This document shows positions 14,155 through 27,500 of a stretch of DNA of 64,000 bases, piece by piece. Where the stretch lies: positions 74,502 to 138,501 of the forward strand of contig JBECUI020000038.1 in NCBI GenBank assembly GCA_040954595.2. The letters are read 5' to 3'. Source of the DNA: Balanoglossus misakiensis (taxonomy: Eukaryota > Animalia > Hemichordata). The notes below the pieces were generated by a model, which did not search any database, had not been told where the DNA came from, and saw only the letters and a list, made by a program, of their open reading frames with translations. The stretch's first letter is position 1; every line of letters starts with the position of its first letter. The position numbers were made by a program, and so were the translations under genes.

Positions 14155-16550
14155 GATCATGGCCAAAATTATCAAAATATTTGGGTTATGTCCTGGCAGC
14201 AATAGTACTCATGTGTACAAAATCATGACTGTTGTGCTTTTTAACAAGAGACATATCCAAGTAGATCAAGGGTCATGGCCAAAATTATCAAAATATTTGG
14301 GTTATGTCCTGGCAACAATAAAACTCATGTGAACAAAATCATGACTGTTGTGCTTTTTAACAAGAGACATATCCAAGTAGATCAAGGGTCATGGCCGAAA
14401 TAATCAAAATATTTGGGTTATGTCCTGGCAGCAATAAAATTCATATGAACAAAATCATGACTGTTGTGCTTTTTAACAAGAGACATATCCAAGTAGATCA
14501 AGGGTCATTGCCAAAATTATCCAAATATTTGGGTTATGTCCTGGCAGCAATAAAACTCATGTGAACAAAATCATGACTATTGTGCTTTTTAACAAGAGAC
14601 ATATCCAAGTAGATCAAGGGTCATTGCCAAAATGATCAAAATATATGGGTTATGTCCTGGCAGCAATAAAACTCATGTGAACAAAATCATGACTGTTGTG
14701 CTTTTTAACAAGAGACATATCCAAGTAGATCAAGGGTCATTGCCAAAATTATCAAAATATTTGGGTTATGTCCTGGCAGCAATAAAACTCATGTGAACAA
14801 AATCATGACTGTTGTGCTTTTTAACAAGAGACATATCCAAGTAGATCAAGGGTCATTGCCAAAATTATCAAAATATTTGGGTTATGTCCAGGCACCAATA
14901 GTACTCATGTGAACAAAATCATGACTGTTGTGCTTTTTAACAAGAGACATATCCAAGTAGATCAAGGGTCATTGCCAAAATTATCAAAATATTTGGGTTA
15001 TGTCCAGGCAGCAATAGTACTCATGTGAACAAAATCATGACTGTTGTGCTTTTTAACAAGAGGCATATCCAAGTAGATCAAGGGTCATTGCCAAAATTAT
15101 CAAAATATTTGGGTTATGTCCAGGCAGCAATAGTACTCATGTGAACAAAATCATGACTGTTGTGCTTTTTAACAAGAGACATATCCAAGTAGATCAAGGG
15201 TCATTGCCAAAATTATCAAAATATTTGGGTTATGTCCAGGCAGCAATAGTACTCATGTGAACAAAATCATGACTGTTGTGCTTTTTAACAAGAGACATAT
15301 CCAAGTAGATCAAGGGTCATTACCAAGATTATCAAAATATTTGGGTTATGTCCTGGCAGCAATAAAACTCATGTGAACAAAATCATGACTGTTGTGCCTT
15401 TTAACAAGAGACATATCCAAGTAGATCAAGGGTCATTGCCAAAATTATCATAATATTTGGGTTATGTCCTGGCAGCAATAAAACTCATGTGAACAAAATC
15501 ATGACTGTTGTGCTTTTTAACAAGAGACATATCCAAGTAGATCAAGGGTCATTGCCATGATTATCAAAATATTTGGGTTATGTCCTGGCAGCAATAAAAC
15601 TCATGTGAACAAAATCATGACTGTTGTGCTTTTAACAAGAGACATATCCAAGTAGATCAAGGGTCATTGCCAAAATTATCAAAATATTTGGGTTATGTCC
15701 AGGCAGCAATAGTACTCATGTGAACAAAATCATGACTGTTGTGCTTTTTAACAAGAGACATATCCAAGTAGATCAAGGGTCATTACCAAGATTATCAAAA
15801 TATTTGGATTATGTCCTGGCAGCAATAAAACTCATGTGAACAAAATCATGACTGTTGTGCCTTTTAACAAGAGACATATCCAAGTAGATCAAGGGTCATT
15901 GCCAAAATTATCAAAATATTTTGGTAATGTCCTGGCAGCAATAAAACTCATGTGAACAAAATCATGACTGTTGTGCTTTTTAACAAGAGACATATCCAAG
16001 TAGATCAAGGGTCATTGCCAAGATTATCAAAATATTTGGGTTATGTCCTGGCAGCAATAAAACTCATGTGAACAAAATCATGACTGTTGTGCTTTTTAAC
16101 AAGAGACATATCCAAGTAGATCAAGGGTCATTGCCAAAGTTATCAAAATATTTGGGTTATGTCCTGGCAGCGACAAAACTCATGTGAACAAAATCATGAC
16201 TGTTGTGCTTTTTAACAAGAGACATATCCAAGTAGATCAAGGGTCATGGCCAAAATTATCAAAATATTTGGGTTATGTCCTGGCAACAATAAAACTCATG
16301 TGAACAAAATCATGACTGTTGTGCTTTTTAACAAGAGACATATCCAAGGGATCAAGGGTCATTACCAAGATTATCAAAATATTTGGGTTATGTCCTGGCA
16401 GCAATAAAACTCATGTGAACAAAATCACGACTGTTGTGCTTTTTAACAAGAGACATATCCAAGTAGATCAAGGGTCATTGCCAAAATTATCAAAATATTT
16501 GGGTTATGTCCTGGCAGCAGTAGTACTCTTTGAACAAAATCATGACTGTT
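14155..16550. repeat. 116-bp tandem array (~21 copies) amplified from part of the 900-bp monomer
   Basis: gccaaaattatcaaaatatttgggttatgtcc occurs at 14162, 14278, 14394 and onward with period 116. Confidence 0.95.
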
Positions 16551-17103
16551 GAGCTTTTTATCAAGAGCCATATCCACATAAAATTAAGTTATGGAATTAC
16601 TGGATCAAAGGACATGCGAGAGTCGCCAACAAATTGTTTAATCAAATACTGAAAAAAAACTGGATCAAAGAACATATGAAAGTTGTCAAAAATGTAACAT
16701 ATTCTAGTCATATGGTGACTCGTATCCACAGAAAGAATTTGTGTGCTTTCAATGAGTAGGATAAAAAAAAGGAATTTTAGCTTTTAATCGGAGTTCAGAA
16801 AATCCAATTTGGCTCTGATAAGGTTAAACCAATCACAATTCACTTGAAAACTTGATTAGAAAAAGATTTTCGTAATTTTTGAATGAGATTTTTAAAAAAT
16901 CCAATAAGGCACCAAAAGTCACATGACCACTAATGATATTTTATCAAACTTTCAACCGCACAGTAAATTAGAACTTGATTGGCCCTGTAGTTTATGAAAA
17001 TGTCAACCTTTAAAGCTTATTAGAAAATCCAATATGGCCGCCATGAAGAAGACAATTACAACTAAAAGTAGCATTGGAGGGACCAAGGTTCCAACAGAAA
17101 GCA

Positions 17104-17462
17104 GACCCCATCAAAATTCCAATTAACAAAATCAGGTAGGGGCACCATACCACACATTCCTACCAATTTTCAGCTCCATCGTACATGTAGTTAGGGAGAA
17201 GAAGATTTTTTTACCAAAAATTTTATTTTTAGATCTAATTTGCATATTCATGACCCGATCAAATCCAAATTAACAAAATCAGGTAAGGGCACCATAACAC
17301 ACATTCCAACCAAATTTCAGCTAAATATGCCAAGTAGTTTTATAGAAGAAGATTGAAATACCAAAAGTTGACGGACGACGGATGACGGACGACAGACGAC
17401 GGACAGACATTTATCAACCTACTGCTACAGCTCGGCTGACACAAGTGACAGCAGAGCTAATA
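17104..17462. mobile_element. Truncated second copy of the HINE-like element
   Basis: Same 146-bp unit, gacg microsatellite and cagcagagctaa end as 10960-11294. The left end was lost by deletion. Confidence 0.85.
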
Positions 17463-18394
17463 AAAGCTGTATCTGCTGTGCATGCCAAGTTTTGGAAATG
17501 TAGATCAAGGGTCATTGCCAAAATTATCAAAATATTTGGGTTATGTCCTGCCAGAGTAGTACTCATGTGAACAAAATCATGACTGTTGTGCTTTTTAACA
17601 AGAGACATATCAATGTACAATTAAGTTCTGAAAGATCTTGATCAAAGGGAAAATGAAAGTTGCAAAAAATTGTATAATTAAGTGTTAAAAAAAGGATCAA
17701 TGGACATGTGAAAGTTGACAAATTTTTTTAACATTCTTGTCTTATGTTGACTCTATCCATAAAAAGGCTTGGTGTGCTATCATTCAGTAGCCTACAAATA
17801 GGAAATTTTAGTTTTTAATCGGAGTTCAGAAAATCCAATTAGGCTTCAATAAGGTTTAACCAATCACAATTTACGCGAAAGCTTGATTAAAAAAAGATTT
17901 TGGAAATTTTTCATGGTATTTTTCAAAAATCCATAATAAATCCAAATTCACATGAACACTAACAATATTATTTTAAAAAATTGGAACGTACAGTAAATTA
18001 GAACTTGATTGGCCTTGTAATTTTTGAAAAAAAATGTCAACTTTTAAAGGTTATCAGAAAATCCAATATGGCCACCATGAAGAAGACAATTAAAAGAACA
18101 TGCAGCATCACAGGGGCCAAAGCAGTTAGCATGGTTCCAACAGAAAGCAAACTCTGTATCTGTTGTGGATTCATAGAATGGTAGGTAAGCCAGAGGTCAC
18201 GCAAATTTGTGCCAACAAATTTTGATATCAAACTGATAAGTGTCCAACAAGAACCAAACTTCTAAGCTCAATTGGTTAACTTTAAATAGGATAAGTACAT
18301 AATGATTGTGTTAAAGATTAATACTTCATTAGGTGTTCCAGTCCTCTATATTTGAAAGCCATATCTGCTGTGCATGTCAAATTATGGGAAAGTA

Positions 18395-18940
18395 GATCAT
18401 GGCCAAAATTATCAAAATATTTGGGTTATGTCCAGGCAGCAATAGTACTCATGTGTACAAAATCATGACTGTTGTGCTTTTTAACAAGAGACATATGCAA
18501 GTAGATCAAGGGTCATGGCCAAAATTATCAAAATATTTGGGTTATGTCCTGGCAGCAATAAAACTCATGTGAACAAAATCATGACTGTTGTGCTTTTTAA
18601 CAAGAGACATATCCAAGTAGATCAAGGGTCATGGCCAAAATTATCAAAATATTTGGGTTATGTCCTGGCAGCAATAAAACTCATGTGAACAAAATCATGA
18701 CTGTTGTGCTTTTTAACAAGAGACATATCCAAGTAGATCAAGGGTCATTGCCAAAATTATCAAAATATTTGGGTTATGTCCTGGCAGCAATAAAACTCAT
18801 GTGAACAAAATCATGACTGTTGTGCTTTTTAACAAGAGACATATCCAAGTAGATCAAGGGTCATTGCCAAAATTATCAAAATATTTGGGTTATGTCCTGG
18901 CAGCAGTAGTACTCTTTGAACAAAATCATGACTGTTTAGC
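18395..18940. repeat. 116-bp array (~5 copies)
   Basis: Same unit as 14155-16550. Confidence 0.9.
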
Positions 18941-20644
18941 TTTTTATCAAGAGCCATATCCACATAAAATTTAGTTATGGAATTACTGGGTCAAAGGACA
19001 TGCGAGAGTTGCCAACAAATTGTTTAATCAAGTTTTGAAAAAACTGGATCAAAGGACATGTGAAAGTTGCCAAAAAATGTAACGTATTCTAGTCATATGG
19101 CGACTCGTATCCATAAAATTAATTTGTGTGCTTTCAATGAGTAGGCTAGAAATAGAAAATCTTAGTTTTTAATCAGTGTTTAGAAAAATCCAATTTGGCT
19201 CCAATAAGGTGACACCAATCACAATTCACTTGAAAACTTGATTAGAAAAAGATGTTCTGTAATTTTTTAATGAGATTTTTAAACAATCCAATTAGGCACC
19301 CAAAGTCACTTGACCACTAATGATATTTTTGTCAAACTTTCAACCCTACAGTAAACTAGAATTTGATTGGCCCTGTAGTTTATGAAAATGTCAACTTTTA
19401 AAGGTTATTAGAAATTCCAATATGGCCACCATGAAGAAGACAATTAGAGCTACAAGCAGCATTGCAGTGGCCAAAGCGGTTAGCATGGTTCCAACAGAAA
19501 GCAAATGCTGCATCTGTTGTGGATGCCTAGAAATGGTAAAGTATGCCAGAGGTGATGCAAAATGTGCCAACAAAATTTGATACCAAACTGATCAGTGTCC
19601 AACAAAAAGCAGACTTCTACGCTTTATTGGTTAACTTTAAATAGCTTATATACATAATTATTGTGTTAAAGTTAATACATGTACTTTATTAGGTGTTCCA
19701 GTCCTCTAAATTTAAAAGCTGTATCTGCTGTGCATGCCAAGTTATGGGAATGTAGATCAAAAGTTACTGCCAAAATTATCAAAATATTTGGGTTATGTCC
19801 GGGCAGCAGTAGTACTCATGTGAACAAAATCACGACTCTTGTGCTTTTTAACAAGAGGCATATCAACGTAGAATTAAGTTCTGAAAGATCTGGATCAAAA
19901 GACGAATGACAGTTGCAAAAAAATTGTATAATTAAGTGTTGAAAAAATGGATGAAAGGACATGTGAAAGTTGATAAAAATTGTTTAACATATTCTGGTCT
20001 TATGGTGACTCGTATCCATAAAAAGGATTGGTGTGCTATCATTCAGTAGCCTTGAAATAGGAAATTTTAGTTTTTAATCGGAGTTCAGACAATCCAATTT
20101 GGCTTCAATAAGGTTTAACCAATCACAATTCACTTGAAAGCTTGATTAAAAAAGATTTTGGAAATCTTCATGAGTTTTTGAAAAAATCCATAATAAATCC
20201 AAATTCACATGACCACTATTAATATAATTGAAAAAAAATTGGAACGGCCAGTAAATTAGAACTTGATTGGCCCTGCAGTTTAGAAAAAAATGTACACTTT
20301 TAGAGATTATCAGAAAATCCAATATGGCCGCCATGAAGAAGACCCAACTATAAGCAGCATTGGAGTGACCAAAGTGGTTAGCATGGTTCCAACAGAAAGC
20401 AAAGGCTGTATCTGTTATGGATGCTGAGAAATGGTAAGTAAGCCAGAGGTCACGCAAATTTGTGCCAACAAATTTTGACATCAAACTGATAAGTGTCCAA
20501 CAAGAACCAAACTTCTAAGCTCAATTGGTTAACTTTAAATAGGATAAGTACATAACGATTGTGTTAAAGATTAATACTTCATTAGGTGTTCCAGTCCTCT
20601 AAATTTGAAAGCCGTATCTGCTGTGCATGGCAAGTTATGGGAAA

Positions 20645-21690
20645 GTAGATCATGGCCAAAATTATCAAAATATTTGGGTTATGTCCAGGCAGCAATAGTA
20701 CTCATGTGTACAATATCATGACTGTTGTGCTTTTTAACAAGAGTCATATCCAAGTAGATCAAGGGTCATGGCCAAAATTATCAAAATATTTGGGTTATGT
20801 CCTGGCAGCAATATAACTCATGTGAACAAAATCATGACTGTTGTGCTTTTTAACAAGAGACCTATCCAAGTAGATCAAGGGTCATTGCCAAAATTATCAA
20901 AATATTTTGGTTATGTCCTGGCAGCAATAAAACTCATATGAACACAATAATGACTGTTGTGCTTTTTAACAAGAGACATATCCAAGTAGATCAAGGGTCA
21001 TTGCCAAAATTATCAAAATATTTGGGTTATGTCCTGGCAGCAATAAAACTCGTGTGAACACAATCATGACTGTTGTGCTTTTTAACAAGAGACATATCCA
21101 AGTAGATCAAGGGTCATTGCCAAAATTATCAAAATATTTGGGTTATGTCCTGGCAGCAATAAAACTCATGTGAACACAATCATGACTGTTGTGCTTTTTA
21201 ACAAGAGGCATATCCAAGTAGATCAAGGATCATTGCCAACATTATCAAAATATGTAGGTTATGTCCAGGCAGCAATAAAACTCATGTGAACACAATTATG
21301 ACTGTTGTGTTTTTTAACAAGAGACATATCCAAGTAGATCAAGGGTCATTGCCAAAATTATCAAAATATTTTGGTTATGTCCTGGCAGCAATAAAACTCA
21401 TGTGAACAAAATCATGACTGTTGTGCTTTTTAACAAGAGACATATCCAAGTAGATCAAGGGTCATCGCCAAAATTATCAAAATATTTGGGTTATGTCCTG
21501 GCAGCAATAAAACTCATGTGAACACAATTATGACTGTTGTGCTTTTTAACAAGACTAGAGACATATCCAAGTAGAACAAGGGTCATTGCCAAAATTATCA
21601 AAATATTTGGGTTATGTCCTGGCAGCAATAAAACTCATGTGAACACAATCATGACTGTTGTGCTTTTTAACAAGAGACATATCCAAGTAC
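20645..21690. repeat. 116-bp array (~9 copies)
   Basis: Same unit as 14155-16550, with local variants (gaacacaat). Confidence 0.9.
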
Positions 21691-22435
21691 AATTCAGTTC
21701 TAACAAATCTGAATCAAAGGACATGTGAAATTTGCCAAAAAATGTAACGTATTCTATACATATGGTGACTCGTATCAATAAAATGAATGTGTGCTTTAAA
21801 TGAGTAGGCTAGAAATAGGAAATCTTTGTCTTTAATTAGAGTTCAGAAAGTCCAATTTGGCTCCAATAAGGTTTAACTAATCACAATACACTTGAAAACT
21901 TGATTAGAAAAAGATTTTGGAAATGTTAAATGAGATTTTTCAACAATCCATAATGAATCCAAAGTCGCATGACCACTAACAATATTATTGAAAAAAATTG
22001 GAAGGGACAGTAAATTAGAACTTGATTGGCCATGTAGTTTTGAAAAAATGTCAACTTTAAGAGGTTATCAGAAAATCCAATATGGCCAACATGAAGAAGA
22101 CAATTAAAGGAACATGCAACATTACAGGGGCCAAAGCAGTTAGCATGGTTCCAACAGAAAGCAAACTCTGTATCTGTTGTGGATGGCTAGAAATGGTAAG
22201 CCAGAGGTCACTATGTCTATGTATAATTAACTTCTTAAAACATAGCGTATAGGAAACTGTTGTGCCATTTGGGGATTACACAGATTTTAGGTATTCACCA
22301 GAATTAAATCGCGGGCGACATTGGCAAGCATATATGGCAAAAATATTCAAATACTATGGAAACATAAAAAAATTCACCATGCTCAATCAAGTGTTATGTG
22401 TCACTGCAATCTTACAAGCAGCACTAAAAAAAACA

Positions 22436-22708
22436 GATTTTTGTCCAAAAACTGTCTGTAAAATACATGCGAGTATGACAAGCTAATTAGTCCAATCAGA
22501 CAGAGGCATTCACTGACCTACCACCAGTTTATAATAAAATAACCGGTGGTCTCTGTAACAGCTGGACCACAACTGATTTTTGTCCAAAAACTGTCTGTAA
22601 AATATATGCGAGTATGACAAGCTAATTAGTCCAATCAGACAGAGGCATTCACTGACCTACCACCAGTTTATAATAAAATAGCCGGTGGTCTCTGTAACAG
22701 CTGGACCG
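22436..22708. repeat. 139-bp near-perfect tandem duplication
   Basis: tgtccaaaaactgtctgtaaaata...cagctggacc occurs at 22442 and 22581. Confidence 0.9.
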
Positions 22709-24559
22709 GTAAAATTATATAAGGCTGTTTATTTTACTGATAAAAAATTTTATAGGTCTTTGTAGGTTATAATAAAGAAAATTATCAAAATCGGTTCACC
22801 AGTTTTCAAGGTACAAAAGCATCAAAAAATACTGATATTCTCAAGTATCTTCAACATTTTTCAAAAAATTATGCACGATTCACAGAAGAATACTTCTTTC
22901 AGTTTTACAGGAGATCATCTAAACTTGTAAAGAAAATCTCTCTATTTTTTGCATGGCACCATGGGAAATATGAAATTTTGCAATGTTTGATGTTCCGTGT
23001 CTCAATCATAGTTGATCTAATTGTAACGAAATTTTCAGAATATATTACAATATATGTGCAGATACAGATAGTGACTTCAGTTTTTGATATCTGGATTACA
23101 ATTTAAATTCCCAGGCGCTCAAAAAAGGAAAAACCTAGCATTTTACCATTGCAAATGGGCGGCCATATTGGATTGATATTTCATTAGATGGCAATATCTG
23201 TTTATACACTGCAATTTGCTGAAAATCAGTTCAATCACTGTAGTGAGTGGAAATATTTAAATTCTTGTGTATTTTGAGCAATAATACTACTACCAAAAAT
23301 ATTTTATACAGTTACTTCTGGACAGCAAAAATTGCCATCATTCAAGTCAAACTCTCAGATCGGCCCTTTTGCTTGCCTGTGTTGGGCAGATATCAAAAGT
23401 GGAGAAAGTTGGATAGTGTAATGTCTACATGTATTTGTACTATCCTTGTAGTCTATTAACATTTACACGATTTTCATATTAATTTTGGTATGATATGCAT
23501 GGAAAGACTGGCTGGCTATAAATCATAAAACTGAACGTCCTTGCACCATACAGTTTTTACTGCATACACATGTAGTTTAAGCAAACTGTGTATTTCATGT
23601 ATTCCACTTTTCTGCCTTCCTTGCTGGCTTTCTCCATTTATTTTCTTACTGTTTCTTTGTAACATTACTGATTTTTTTTTCTGGTAATTCAATTTCTGGC
23701 TGAAATAAATGTACTAGAGCTGGTAAGGTTTCCTGAACATTAATCCCTGTATCTTGAAGGCAGGTGTGCAAGTTCATATAAAGTTCATTGGTTAAAGGAA
23801 TATTATGAGCTGATAAATCTTCTAAGCTCTTCTTTCTGGCTAGAAGGTCTGCTATATTATCGAATACTCTTTATGCTACTTCCATAATGTTGCCTGTGCA
23901 AATTAACAATCAAAATACCCACTTGCTAGACAATTGTAAGACAAACATTTTTGTTGGGTAATTACAGAATAATTATTTTAATTCCATGCATACTCTACCT
24001 AAACACAAATTAGAATATATAACTGAAATTATAATTATACACAGGTCTATGAAATGCAAAGAAAATGTATTTCTAGGAAAGAACACCCATGGGCATTCAG
24101 CTCTAAGCAGATAACATCAGTCACTTTGAAGACATGTCACTTCCCAGACTTGACTAAACAAACTTCCAACCCTGAAGTGAAACGCATCTCCGAGTTGCAT
24201 ACACAATATGATCATATAATGTTAGATATTTATCATGGTTTAAGTGAAAACAAATTAGGAGATGTAAACACCCCTGCCATTTATTCAGTGCCATATAATG
24301 CTGCCATTATGCACATATTGACTCTAGCCACTTTCCCAGTGGGAGGAAAAAGACTTTAATGGACACCAAGCGGGAAGAAACGAAAGTTACTAAGTTTTTG
24401 GCATTTCATTTTTATTTGTGAGATCGAGAAATTAAAATATGACAAGTTTAGAAAATAATCAGATTACACAGTATGTCCCAGTTCGTATGGCGGCCATATT
24501 GGATTCTGAACTCTCTAGTGATATAAACATATAGTGTACTTGGCGAGTCTCAGTATAGG

Positions 24560-27500
24560 GAAATCAACACAATCAGACAAAACTTGGGTTACCCATTGCA
24601 ATAATACTATCAAATTTCAAAGCAATCCCATATGCAGTTTCAGAAAAATCAGTATTTTCACCAAAATTGTACAATATCTTACGTCAATCGCTTCAGGGAA
24701 CATGCCTACCAAAGCTCAAGGCAATCTGACAATCAGTTTGAAAGAAAATAATTTTTAATGAAAAATTCCAAAACTATCACACACAAAACGCAAATATGCA
24801 TATTTCAAGTATTTTTCTAAAACATCTCACTTAATTATTCCCAAGGAACAACCCTGCAAAATTTGAAAGCAATCTGACAAGCAGTTTTAGATAAAACAAT
24901 TTTTGACCAAAAAAGACAAAAAATTCTACAAAATTATAAATATGCACATTTTTCATCAACCAGGTTTTCATCAAATGGGACCATATATCCAAATGTATGC
25001 TTCAAAGCAACACGACTCTCAGAGAAAAAAATGCTTGTCACCCTGGTCAAAAATTTGGTTTTACTAAAACATCAAATCGGTTATCTCTCAAAGCTAAAAG
25101 GGTTATCACCAAACAGATTACAATTTTCTTTACTTGTGGTGGTTTTGGTTTTATCGGTTTGCCCAATAAAAATTAGGATAATTGTTTAAGTATGCCAACA
25201 GTGAGGTGGAAATCACACCAGAAAAGCGAAAATACGCCAACAACATGTAAACAGTAAAATGTTACGAAAAAACAAACAGAAAAGCGAAAATACACCAACC
25301 ACGTTTAAACCGTAAAATTAAAAAAAAATGCAAACACTGGCTCTACGTGCGCTTAGGCAAGAGGCCTAGCAATAAAATTCTCACAGAGTATAACCCTATA
25401 AATATGTCTAGACTTTCTCGATTATGACCTCAGGGTCAGCAGCGAAGCCATACACAGAATGGCCGAGAGGCATGGCTAGCTGCACGCCCGTAGCTCGGAT
25501 TTTTTTCTGGAATAAGACCTACTTCTGTTCAACTACAAGGTGTTGAACGGATAGCTGCAAATCACCTAATACCAGACTAAACAATCGAGCGACGGTAACG
25601 TAGCTACATAGGCTATGGTACTAAAAGCAATGACTGGATTATGAGCCTACCGAAAAGACGTCTTGATCCCGCGGCAGTAAGAAGGAAAGTGGTCGAAACC
25701 CGGCGTCGCACACCGGAAACGGGTCAATGATCACCTGTTGTTATGGAGAGTGGGACTTGTTACCCAATCACAGACCATAGTTAGCATTACGACACACTAA
25801 TGAATATGCATACATGCTATAGCTGCATATTTTATTATTTTAGAACGCACTGGAACATGCTCGCATTCGAAGGAATATTCCATTTGTATATGCAAATAGC
25901 AAACCTATGTTCTCGAGTGTGAGTGCACCATTGTCTCAGGGGGGTGGCTCACGTCCCAAAGAACAGGGGGTAATTTTCTACCACAGCCGCGCATTTCAAA
26001 CCGAGCAAGCAAACTGCTAACTTCCGTTGTCTGGGCAACATTTTGATGTGCGTTAAGTTTTGCACCTATTCGACTTTGAGGAAACAGACCTATAATACTT
26101 CCTAATGTGGTTCTCTTTCTGGGTCATTTTGTTGGTCCAACCACGATCCACGAGATCGTAAACTGCTTGGATTAGGGCGCGTTAGGAAGCTGCAGCTGCG
26201 GCCGCAGGTCAAGTCGGTGTGTGTTGTATTTAACAAACATGGTGAATGTGTTCGGCACAGCAACATGCTCGCTCTACCCACAGCCACTGTACCGTACTGT
26301 CGATCGTTTCCATGTCTGTTTCACGCTCGCTCTTTATAATGCCCTTATCACGCCTCCCGTATTGTGTTCATGATATGACAGTCCCACTAATCTGACAACA
26401 CGCTCGCTTTTATTATGTCAATTTGTCCCGTTCGCTAGCACTGCGTTCAGGCCTGCATTCACCATTAACAGACTATCCCATTCGCCAACTTTACTGAACT
26501 ACAAAGTGAAGAACCAGTTTGCGTCTTGGCCGAAACAACCGGGGTCATGGAAATTAAAGGCGGAACCGAGAAGATTAAGTGCCATTCCCGAAGTAACGAC
26601 CAACCAATGTTTACAGAGAAATCAGATGACATCAAATAGCGGAGTTCTTATCCTGTCGGGATGCGTTTACCTCGGAATCGGCGAAGTTTTTTTGTCGTCG
26701 AGTTTGATTTCATGGACGATGCAGTCTAGTTATTTGATGATCCATAATTGATATTTTTTTTTTGGGGGGGGGGGGTCCTGGTGTCGATAATTCGAGGCAG
26801 GAGAAGAAATGTGCCGACAGCGCAAATTGCCGTTTTTCTCGCTCTGTTTAGTCGATTTTGACAACTTCAAAAGTATTAAACTTCACTCTGCGTTGGTCGA
26901 GAGGTCTTAAATTTTACCCATCCAACAAAACAAACGTTTGTAGTCAATAAAGTGTTCTTGGCGGGAATTAAAATTGATTCAATGCAATTCAAGTTTGAAT
27001 TTGATCAAATTTTCTAAATATAGATAAATCGACAGGCCAACACTGTCCATGCACCAAAAAGAACAGCTGGTCGCGGAGATGAATTTTGTTTTTGTATATA
27101 ACAAAATACCCTACAAAATATAAAAGTTCCGAATTACCTATAATTTGATTCCATTATAATTCCAATACTATTAACTCAATTTTAGAGTAATACACTGGGA
27201 ACTATTATTTTTCAAAATTGGAAAATATGCCCCCAAAATACAAGATATTGCCAACAAAAAGCATTGACACTTTCATCATTGGTTTTGTAAATTATCATGA
27301 CAACGCACCCAGGAACCTTTAAATCAAATTTGAAAGCAATGGAGTAGAGGGTTCTGAGAAAGAGTTTTGACCAAAAATGGCAAAAATCACCCCAAAAATA
27401 TAATATTAAATTCTTCTAGTTGATTTGACAAACATACATGCAAATTTCCAAAGCAATCTATGAGCTGTTTTACATTTAAAAAATGATCAAAAAGGTAAAA

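Larger units (their letters stand above)
7060..22210. repeat. Compound satellite of ~900-bp monomers with a higher-order duplication
   Basis: The landmark aaaatccaatatggcc(a/g)ccatgaagaagac recurs at ~8436, 9332, 11891, 12918, 13822, 17024, 18060, 19412, 20315 and 22073, with uninterrupted spacing ~900 bp. Near-identical ORFs lie 6.2-6.5 kb apart (11215/17382, 13185/19679). Confidence 0.92.

Noticed and set aside
14155-16550. CRISPR-like array
   Set aside because: The units are identical along their whole length with no unique spacers, there are no cas genes, and the context is eukaryotic. It is a satellite.
131-22210. Many short ORFs (e.g. KIIKIFGLCPGS, MQRIRFNVT, MTMVDAPLHPSIK)
   Set aside because: They are chance translations of tandem repeats. 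Frames are not conserved between copies, and the 116- and 146-bp periods are not multiples of 3.
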